Assembly: GCA_028023455.1 (NCBI GenBank)
Contig: JAQFVV010000003.1
Coordinates: 21,266,001 to 21,330,000 of the forward strand
Source of the DNA: Epiperipatus broadwayi
Lineage: Eukaryota; Animalia; Onychophora
Direction: 5' to 3'
DNA length: 64,000 bases
Notes under the pieces: generated by a model
The model's input: only the letters and a program-made list of their open reading frames with translations
Told to the model about the DNA's origin: nothing
Database searches by the model: none
Part shown: piece after piece, positions 53,438 to 64,000 of the stretch
Layout: the number at the start of each line of letters is the position of its first letter
How positions within the stretch are numbered: the first letter of the stretch is position 1
Translations under genes and position numbers: made by a program

Positions 53438-53769
53438 AGTGACTACTTATTAAAACAAGCAAAACTCTCCATACAGTAGTACCCCTCAATGCAAGCCAGA
53501 ATAATCAATAGATGCCAGAAGGCTTGTGCATAAAATCCCCATCTAGGGCAGTGCTCTCAGATCCAAGGCTTCTCACTGATGAAATTCACAAGCTAGAAAC
53601 TAGTCTGGGGATATTGGATGAGTAGGCACTAGATAGAGATTTTATGCACAAGCGGTCTGGCATCCATTGATTACTCTGGCTTGCATTGAGTGGCTCTAGT
53701 TTTACCTGTAAAAATAACAGTTATGAGAAAACATAAGAAATAGTGATCATATGATGTTTAGTGAATACT
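53438..53769. mobile_element. Foldback element, hammerhead family C, with hammerhead in the loop
   Basis: Arms ~53448-53546 and ~53629-53718. Candidate TSD AGTGA(C/A)TACT at 53438-53447 and 53760-53769. Homologous to 63385-63599 and 19652-19790. Confidence 0.82.
53571..53610 (+). ncRNA. Minimal type-I hammerhead ribozyme motif (family C)
   Basis: UCUCA CUGAUGA AAUUCACAAGCUA GAA ACUAGU C UGGGG: intact core, palindromic helix III ACUAGU, GUC triplet (predicted cut after 53605), helix I UCUCA/UGGGG; helix II is degenerate. Confidence 0.7.
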
Positions 53770-56700
53770 AAAAAGCTATTTTATCTTTATTTGAATATGT
53801 GGTGTTTTCATGTTAAAGTAGTTAGTACATCTGCATTAATCTCCTATAATCTGAATCTCACATCTGAGTGGAACATAAAAAACATTATTTTTTTAGATAG
53901 GTAAACATTTTAAAAAAAACTTGAAAGATGGTTTAAGATAGTTTCATTATTTAAACTAAATCATTTGGTATTTGGATGATCAATTGATAATTAATTATTC
54001 TTGACTAGAAAGGAAAATACAAAATAAAAGCCAAACAAGATTCCTCAAATAAACAAGTTATTTGACTATTCTAATGATTTAAATCTTTTTCTTTACTGTT
54101 CTTTTGTAAAGAAGTAGAAAGTTAGTTAAAGCTATTTATTATTTATATGATACTGACACCATAATTATATAATATGGTGCAAGAATAAAATAATATACTG
54201 AAGAGCTTATGTTTCAAAATTGATTTCCAGATAAGTAAAGTGAAAAAAACAGTCAGGTTAATGAAATTGAACTATTGTAGTCAACTCACAACTTTAATTT
54301 AAGTCTTCAAACATTACATTTCAAGTAAATGGATAGAAACCAATCCCTTCCTTGTGTGAGAATGGCATAGAGAAAACTGCACAACAAAAACATTATTTCT
54401 TAAATGGATAATGTCTAATCTAATGAATAACTAATAAAAATTATTAATTACATTACAAGTGGCTGACTATGTAGAGATTTGTTTTTATTGAGCCTTTTAA
54501 AATAATTGAAGTGGAACTGAGCTATCTGAACATAATGTTAGAAAAAATGTCAATATGTACATTGATATCCTAAATTCAATTTCAAGAAAATATATGTGAA
54601 ATGGATGAAGGGATAAATAAAAAGATGTGCATGAAGAATATGGAAAAGAGAATCTATGAATCAGATTCTATAATAAATTTAAGGAGACTTTTACTCTTTG
54701 CTGAATCAATAATAAATAAAATTTATAAAGCTGATTTTTATGCTTAAGTCTATAAATATCTTCATAAAGCGTGGAAGTAGGGTTTGAACCTGAGCCAAAT
54801 AAAATTATTTTTAAGAGATTTAAAATTTTCTCTTAAGTAGGTATTCCTAGCCAACTTAACTAATCAACTAACGTTGGTTGAAAACTAAATTTATAACTAT
54901 ATTAACATAGGAGTCGGACTTACATGTTTAGATTCTTGAATATCGAATTTTTAATGTAATGCTCTAAAACAACTGAACTATCTCTTCTAAACAAAGATAG
55001 AAAAGCTATAAACCATCACTACTTAGCAATTGACAAGCCTTGTAAATAGTGTTCTCTCTCTCTCTCTCTTAATTTTTTTTTATAACGGATTGCTGGAGAG
55101 CCCTTTGGTTTGCACAGAGTCATTTATTTAAAAGACTGTTTTATTTTTTATTCATGTATTAGTGTTTAATTATTAAAACATTCACACCTGCATATATTAG
55201 CATAAAATGTTTATATACATTTAGATATGTCACTTAAATTATCGTTTGACTTAATTTATTTCTTTTAAATTAATGAAGTAATTATATTGTCAATCCATAC
55301 TGCCATTTTGCTTAAAATATATTTAATGTTTTGTTTTGTTTTTTTATCTAAACATATTTTTTGAATTAGTCACATGGCTTTCTTTTTAAAAATAATTTAA
55401 TCAATAAAATCATTTTTACATTAAATTCTTTTACATTAAAAAAAAAAAATACTTTTATAGACGTAGCAATTCATTTATATATAGAATATTGATTATAATC
55501 TAACAAAAAAATAAAAAATTATGGTCATTCTATTATACTTTTAAAAAAAACTAGAAGCTATTTACTATCATAAAAAAGAGAGAAGTGAGGACCTTTTGCC
55601 AGAAGCTATGATAATTTGAAAACAGAATAACCATGTTAGCAAAATTAATAGCTTGACTAAATAGGAAAAATATCAATTGTGAAAAGTAACATTTGAACTG
55701 TAGAGGTCCCTGGTTCGCAAGAAGGCATTATTTATCAGGAAAACCAAAAATATTCTTATTGTAATATATAGTGCTCCTGTTTGAGTGGGAGGAGCATCTT
55801 TCAGACCTTGATTCATTACTTGGATACACAGATTTGACCACCTAGTGTGTGTTTTGACATCAGGAAATTATAACTTACATAAATAAAAGAACCGCCATAA
55901 TGTCAATAAATAAAAAAAAGAAAAAGAAAATGTTAATAATATTATTGCTTTACTTAACTGGATTTATTAAATGAGAACAAATAAATACTAATTTTATTAG
56001 TAAAATGATTATTTTTAAAAGCAAATGTTAGAACAACAGACAATTAGGTTTGCATGTTATTGCCTTGTTTAACATTATGTTTACTAATTTATAAATTATG
56101 CGACGTATTACCTCTAACGATCTGAAATGAAAATAAATGTTTAGAAAAAAAGTGTCGTTATATTTCAATTCTGTTTTACAAAATGTATTCAGTGGTGTAG
56201 TTATAATTTTTGGCCTCTACATAAAATTCCAAAAAAATGATTTCTTTTAATATTTGTAACATATAACTTAATACTTTTTCGAATATATATACTATATTGT
56301 AATAATCAAACCACGAGGTGACTGGAAAATTTTGAACTTTACCTGAAAAATGTTCTTATCCTAGTCCTTCATAGCACCTTCCACCACTATCACTATATTT
56401 TTTCTTAATGTTAGCTAAATCAGAAAGAAACAATTATATTCAATCTTCTCTCACGTAATTAGCATGAAAAATTAGTAAAATACTAACAAAGTACAGTAAT
56501 GCTATTTATTGTAAGTAAATCAGACATCGAAACAAATAAAAAAATTAATATATTTATTAACACAAATCAAATAACTCCCTAACTAAAAGATTAAAAATTA
56601 AATATCCCAAATTTCTATTGGTTTATAAAAGGAAAATTTTATAAGAGATTTCCCTTAGTTATCTTGCTGTGGTGACTTCACACCTGGCATTTGAGTGAAT

Positions 56701-59398
56701 TTCAATGTCTTAGATGTGTCAATTCTATATCAGGAGAGTATGACTTATTAGATCATTATTCTCTATAATGCTATTATTTAGGCATATTACATGTACATGT
56801 ATGCACATGATAATTCCTAGTTCATTAATTACTTCATATACATTTAAATAAGAGTTAAATTCTTAGACAGTGATTTAAAGTCTATGATCAAGTTTGATTG
56901 GAGTTGTGAACCATGTTTGCAGACTATCTTGTAATATTATACGTATAATGTATATTATATATATTAAATTTATTATCAGAATAAAATCTATAATCCATTA
57001 TCCTTTATAAATTATTTAATTCTTTATAAAGACGCAAGGGGATGACCTGCATGAAAAAATATCTTTATATAAATTACAACATCTGACTTACAATTTAAGT
57101 AGATGTGCTTAGAATTCTTATCATTGGTAAATTGCAGCAACTATATATTTCTTAATCAATTAAATACTATAATATGTTGCAAACTAATTATTAATATTTT
57201 TTAAATGTAAGTATAGTATATATACTTAAGCTAGATGTAATTGGATAGCTAAAGGGAGTTTGAAAGTCTGGATTCAAAGCCTCTCTAATAAAGTAATCAT
57301 TGTACCAGACTTTCTCTGTAATATACAGAATATATTAATAATACAAAGTGAGCATAGATATTATTTTATGTAAAAATAGGAATACCAGATCTGCATATAT
57401 ATTTATATAGCATCAGGCTGGAATACTAGATATGTAACTATAAACTCCAGACAGAACAATATAAACCACAATTATCAACAGAATTCTTATTTCAAACTTT
57501 AAATACCCCTTAAGATATTCATGCCTATCATTAATATTTAACTATAAATATATAAATAATATTAAATTCACACACATTTCAATCAAAGCATCTCTATAAA
57601 TAACAATAGATAAATTCATACATTAAATTATTTAATTTACATTTTCAATTTATAACAAAATTCCGGAAAGTTGTGGCAAATATTTAATCATTTAACATCA
57701 GATAAACTTCAAAGAATTTTTAAAATTCAGATAATTTATGCTGATCAATAAACTTAATTGTTTATACACTATTGCCATTCATGCATTTGTCATGTTATAA
57801 TTTTTTATTATAAAGACACTTGAGGTAGAATTGTTTATACTTTCTAACATGAAATCTCATTAATTGCAAAAGCAAATAGTTTATTTTTTTAATAACATTA
57901 ATCATAAATAAACCTACATGAAACTTCATTATCTAAGCATAAAATTAAAATATTATTTAAAATCTTAAATATTTAAAAATGTCAATTCTTAACTTAATGC
58001 TACAAAATATACTCAATTTAAAAAACACATTAGAATGAAGTGATAACAACCAATATATATAATATTTCTATACTGAAAGTTCACCTGTAACTTTAAACAA
58101 TTGCTATTAAGGGTGAGGTAATCCATGATATTTTGCTAAAGAATATTAAAAACATTCCATATGAAATTGGTTCCTGGGTCCAAGCAAAATCCTGTTAAGT
58201 TTGCATTCCATTTGTTTTAGAATTTGCACAGTTGGTACTTTTATTCTAAGTGTTGATTTAAATTATATTTTTAGCATTGATGATTTTAAAACATTGAAAA
58301 ACTATTGAACTCCTTAGAGAAATTTTTAAAATATTGAATCTACTAAAAGTCTTTTAGACTTTCAACTTTATATTATTTTCTTTTAAAACATTGGCGATCA
58401 AAACGTGATCCACATGCCTTCAGAAATTAACCAATTTTGTATTATATGTTTTATAAGTTTTAAAACATTAATTGTACATCATCATCATCATTATTATTAT
58501 TATTATTTCTTTTTAATAATTAACTCTCAATGCCTACATGCAGTATATTGCACTGCATCAATTATCAAATGTCTTAATTTTATATTATTTTTTGAAGTGG
58601 GAAATTTATATTACACAATACTTAATTCATGTCAGATTTTTAATTTTGAAAAGACAATTGCATTATATAATTTCTATTTCACTAAATCACTCTATTAATT
58701 TTGAAGAGAGAGATTTATTATAATTTAATTATTTCATGATAATTCCTTCATTCAATTTCCTGGAAAATGTTATAGAAAATGAGGGGACAACCCCCTTTGT
58801 CTAATTTATTCATTTAGCAATCCATGTTTCTTTGATTTCTGATCACTAAAGCATATAATTATAGTTAGAGTTTAGTTTTAAAAACAGGAGATTTGAAAAT
58901 ATATGCTATTCAGTTCAGTGTATTCTTCTTATGATATTTCTATGCAAAACCATGCTCTTTTATCAAGCAGGCAATAGTTTCAATAAATTTTATTAGTTTT
59001 CCCATCTTATAATGTTCTTATAAATCAACTAACTTACATAAATAAAAATAATACAAAGAAAAAAAATTTTTTTATGAATTGTAATAATTAATAGATAATA
59101 ATCTAGAATTACAAACATATTTTTTATTATTTATTCTAAATACTAACTAACAAAAATATTAATTTTATATACAATATTTTAATATTGATATGCATACTTC
59201 TTAATATAATTATTTATTATAATACATACACTTGTCACATATTTACCATGTTATTTATCCATAGTCAATATGAATTACCATTCTCTATTAACTATACTTC
59301 AAATAATTTTTTTAACAATAACAATAATAATATAGCTTTTGCTTTTATTATTTTTATTTTAAACACTTTCCAACTTTCATATAAACCTTGTAGTTTCA

Positions 59399-59438
<40 letters not shown>

Positions 59439-59440
59439 TA

Positions 59441-59941
59441 ACTAGAGAAAGCTTGCCAATAGCTCCTATCAAACTTTAATTTGTAAGTACTGAAAGACAA
59501 AGAATTTAAAAATCTCTATCAGAAAGTCCTCATCTCCAAACCAATTGGTTTCAAGCTTATGGTTTACCTCAATGAGGAGCCAGGACTCCAGACACTAGAT
59601 CTAAAATACCAACTCAAAAGTCAGCACTTATCTAATATGTTACTATTAATTTGAAAACCTGAATTTTCCAGACACATAAATATCTTCAAATCCAGCCTTA
59701 CAAATCAGGTAGCTACATGGGTCTGAACTCAGTTCAGTTTTGCCATATATACTAATAGCGTCAGTAATATAACATCACAAAAGTCTTCAAGGGTACACTT
59801 ATAATAATTAATAAAACAAGTCATAAGCTCGAAACCAATTGGTCTGGGGATGAGGACTTTCCAATAGAGATTTTGAATTCTTTCCCTTTTGGCACTTATA
59901 AATTAAAGCTTGATAGGAGCTATTGGTAAGCTCTCTCTAGT
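59441..59941. mobile_element. Foldback element, hammerhead family A, copy 2
   Basis: Arms 59441-59561 and 59822-59941. The interior is homologous to 17755-17995. The right arm has GCUC GAA ACCAAUUGGU C UGGGG (59827-59849); the left arm holds a degenerate full motif on the minus strand (59534-59577). Confidence 0.85.
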
Positions 59942-60849
59942 GAACATTTTAATACAAGCTTAAAAGCAAGTTACACAATTTGTGTCTTGTTTTATTAATT
60001 ATTATATATATATATCAATTATAAGTCTCAAGTCAATTTAAAGAACAATGTAGTTTTCCAATTTTATTTACTATGCCAGTACTATAAAGTTAAAAATAAT
60101 AGAAATATTTTTTATATATTGAATCCTTTTATTTACTATACTATCTGACCATCTTTTTAAATTTCTATTTTCAGCACTACTATATATATATATTTTACAG
60201 AAAGAAAAATAAAATTTTCATTGAAAAATCTTTTATCTGAAATATTTTAATAAATTGTTTTGTTAAAAAAAAAAAAAAAGAAATAATTTATTGTTATTGT
60301 TTTATTAGTTGTTGTCTTTTTTTTTTTTTTCAATTTTCTAAGTACATGTGATAGAAAAAATAAAGAAACAAAGAATTTATATTATATCTCAACCGAGTCT
60401 CATCATCTCAATCAAGGCTCTGCATAGATTTACATAATAAAAGTTGTAAATCTTTACCAATTTTAGTACCTCTATTAAAAAATATCAGAATTATAACTAG
60501 AAAATTTTTGATATGGAAAAGGCGAGCATCTAGATTAAAAAATTTAGAAAGTAAATCTTCTTTATCTTAATAACACCTTTTATTCTTCAATGAAAACTAT
60601 CGTGCCTTTATAAGTTAAGTATCTGCATTATTGCATGTGGGAAATTTTAAGAAATCATCAATAAACCAAGAATAAAAAATATTAAAATATTACTTAGATC
60701 CATAAATGCATTTTAAGTAGTTAGATTAATAAATAAAAGTAACTTTCTGGCTAGTGAATGATCCTATTTAATTAAGCCTCATCTATTTATTATAACTTTT
60801 TACTTTACTCACACAATGTAGCTACAAAGTCACAAGGAAAGATAATGCC

Positions 60850-61323
60850 TGCAGGCCCATAGAAATGAGGGGCCCATGAAATGTTTTTGTGCACACCCTA
60901 GGTTTCAGGGAAATGTATTTTCAATCTTTTAACATATTAAAATGATAATTACTGTTAAAATATTAACTCTGATCAATTTAAGAAATAACTTAAATCAAGT
61001 AATATCATTATTGAAGGATCTTATCAAAAAATCAAATCAATTAAAAATGATTAATTACCAAGTAGGATTGTTTAGAAGATGAATTTGAAGTATGTACAAT
61101 TTTTGGTATTTTTCACACTTCTATTAATTATGGCTAGTTTTAAAAAAATCTTTTGTTCAAAAATAATAAAAGATTTTAAAAAAATAATAGGCCCAACTGA
61201 TTTAAAGACCTTCCAAAATTGTATATTATACAAAAAGAGACATCTAAATCAGAGCTGAAATAAATGATTAGTAATTTTACAAATGCAAAATCAAGGAGAA
61301 AGAAGAATTTTTTAAATAAATAA
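60850..61323 (+). mobile_element. Possible hAT remnant (GGGCCC subterminal motifs, transposase C-terminus)
   Basis: GGCCC motifs at 60854 and 60871. Peptide MISNFTNAKSRRKKNFLNK* (61264-61323) resembles the I.D.FA..K.RK C-terminus of hAT transposases. No TIR or TSD found. Confidence 0.33.
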
Positions 61324-61738
61324 GTTTATTAATTGTTTTATAAAATAAATAATTAAAAATATTAATATAACTAAATGAGAACAAAAAACATTAGTATTTT
61401 GAGGTAAGGGAGAAAAACTTTAAAGCTTTTGATTTTGGATCCAATTTTTGTAGTTATACCACTGACTCAAGAGTTATTTGATCAAACTGACTATATAAAT
61501 ATGTATCTAGTTCATTCTAAGTAGCATAATTCAGCTCTCCAACAGTATGACTCTAAAAAATTGCTACAACATTTTTTAAATTACTATTTTAATTAAATTA
61601 TATTTATATAAAAATGTTTTTCTACAATTGATAATAAAACATGGATTTCCTATTTGTATAAAATAAAGTAATAGAAAAATTTCATTTAAGGAAAATATGA
61701 TGAGATCATATGACAAACTATCATTGTGTGCATCCTCA

Positions 61739-61810
61739 GCATGGTTTAGTGCAGTAGTAGAGTTTTGGACATTGCAGAATAACATCCTCAGCTCAATTCC
61801 AGTTCTGACA
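61739..61810 (+). mobile_element. Degenerate tRNA-derived SINE head
   Basis: GCATGGTTTAGTGCAGTAGTAGAGTTTTGGAC...CTCAGCTCAATTCCAGTTCTGAC has A-box-like and B-box-like motifs at tRNA spacing. Confidence 0.45.
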
Positions 61811-63368
61811 TTTCCATTATTTGAACTTCTTATGAACTTTTGATCAATAAAGCTATTTGTTTATTTATTTCATTATGGGAATCAGTTTATTTATATAATG
61901 ATGTTGAATCTTTAATTGCAATGACAGATAAACTAGTGTGGCCATATGAAGCCATTGAATAGCAGACATTCTAAAATTTAAATATGTGAGAGAAATAGGT
62001 TCTACTTACACAAAAAAGTACAGTATTGATTGATATGTATTAAAAAGATGTGACCAAGGATCATGACATATCATAATAACATGATGGCATTTCACAATAA
62101 CAATTTGATAACTGAAACACACAGGCTTATTATTTACCTGTGTTCATATTTTATACCTTATTATATACCTGTGTGCTTATATACCCTATATAATAACAAT
62201 TTGCCATTTGAAAATAGTAAGCATATGATAAATAAATTCTAAGCATTGCCATATGTGGAAGTAATGATTTTCACAATATAATATGCCACATCAGCCAGCC
62301 TGCCAGTCTTGCATCAATTGCAATAAATAGAATGGTAAAATCTAAAACAGCTATTTTATCAAAACATGTTTACGGCATTCTATTGCTTATTTTTATGACT
62401 CTTCTCACAATATTTGTATTTCTAATAATTAGTCTTAAACTTATTAAATAATTTAGCAACAAATAAAAAGAGGTTTCTTGATTCCAAAACGTTTATCAAG
62501 AATAATTATTTTTTGTTCTCACCAATCAGTATTTATTGCTTTTGGGCTAATTACATTCAAACTTATTATAATAAAAAAAATTAAGACTTCTAACAAAGCT
62601 ATAACTAATGCATATTTGTATCCATTTCCTCTGAACTTTAGCTTCTCTTCTCCACATCACCCCTGAACACTTTCTTATTTTATCCATCCATCTCATATGT
62701 GGTCTTTTTCTGGGTCTTTTATATATATAATATGTATTTATCTATATATATACCTATTAAATACATATACTTATGTATTATGAATAAACTTATTCTGTAA
62801 GATGCATCTACAGATTGATGAATACTTACATTGAAAAAAAGCAAAAAATTATTTACATTCATATTTGGCAGGTATAATATACTAAAAGAAAAAATTAATT
62901 ATTGACAAGTATTATATTTATGAAATATGTGCTAAAAATCAGAGTAAAAGATTAATATTTATTTTTAGGAGCGGTAATACTTCTATTTATTCAACTTTAA
63001 ATCTGTCAATTAAAACCCTGTATAATATTCATAGATTATTCAAGCCTACAATTTAGAGTAAATTAATGCTCTAAAAAGCATATATTGTATGTAAGCAAAG
63101 AATAAAAGTTGATCTCAACATTCACAAAATACTTTATTAAAACAAGATTAGAAACAAATGCAAAGTTTTATTAAAATATCATCTATTGTAATTTAACATT
63201 GTTTGCCATGACAAGAAATGAATATGTATATGTAGTAAATTCCAATGAAAGTAGATGAGTATAGAAATTAATACAAAATAACAGTAGCATCTGATCATTT
63301 GTGGTGATATTTTGGTTATTCTTGTCATGATGAGTGACATATAATAGTTAAAAATAAAACAATATTAA

Positions 63369-63615
63369 GTATTCCACAGTTATTAAACAGGCAAAACTCT
63401 CCATACAGTAATGCCATCCTGTCTCAATTAGAATAATCAATGGATGCCAGAAGGTTTGTGCATAAAATCCCCATCTAATGCCTACTCATCCATTGATTAC
63501 TCTGGTTAGCACAGGGTGGCACTACTGTATGGAGAGTTTTGCCTGTTTAATAACAGTTATGTGTTTGCATAAAAGATGGTAATCATGTGACATTTAATGG
63601 TATTCCACAGTTATT
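63369..63615. mobile_element. Foldback element, hammerhead family C, with perfect 16-bp TSD
   Basis: GTATTCCACAGTTATT at 63369-63384 and 63600-63615. Arms 63379-63446 and 63487-63554. A further 45 bp follows before the right TSD and is homologous to 53715-53760. Confidence 0.9.
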
Positions 63616-64000
63616 TCTAAAAAATTTCTACAAAGAAACAGTGAAGGAAATGTCATTATTCATTAATCAGTTTTCAATTGGTGATATTTTTTGAATATTT
63701 TTGCTTTTTGTTTTAGCTTTTAATTAATAATAGCCAGATATGCATTTACAGATCTATAATTTTATTGGGTAATTGTATTATCTATGGTCTGCTTATATAA
63801 AAAAAAATTCTAAGCTTGTTTGAAAATTTTTAATTATCTGAAAAAATTTCCAAGATCACTTGAATTAGAACTCAGATCATAACATGTTAGGCAGCTGTGT
63901 ACTAATCTATCTAATAGGTCAACTATATATATACATGGATAATATAATGTATGCATAATAGGGACTACCCTGCATCGTTTAGTACAATGGTGAATGTTAG

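Overview
AT-rich (roughly three-quarters A+T by eye), strongly CpG-depleted eukaryotic non-coding DNA, most consistent with an invertebrate intron or intergenic region. I find no intact protein-coding gene; nearly all ORFs in the track are low-complexity or microsatellite artefacts. Recognisable transposon remains are: a short internally deleted hAT (Charlie/SPIN-type) element with an intact 8-bp CTCTAGAG TSD (1960-2455); a near full-length degenerate RTE-clade LINE (~20590-23457, +); and a degenerate Penelope-like element (PLE) with RT and GIY-YIG remnants and a hammerhead motif (~18530-20330, -). A tRNA-Gly(TCC) pseudogene, tRNA-derived SINE heads, two ~200-bp tandem duplications and microsatellites are also present. 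The most unusual feature is at least 15 long foldback inverted repeats in 64 kb. Three sequence families among them carry minimal type-I hammerhead ribozyme motifs with a palindromic helix III, on strands running outward toward the element ends. Two foldbacks are flanked by 16-bp target-site duplications whose 3' ends are microhomologous to the inverted arm. In three copies the inversion junction lies at or about 10 nt from the predicted self-cleavage site. My inference is a set of non-autonomous, hammerhead-bounded PLE-type retroposons that insert as hairpins by a twin-priming-like mechanism. All alignments were made by eye, so identities and boundaries are approximate.
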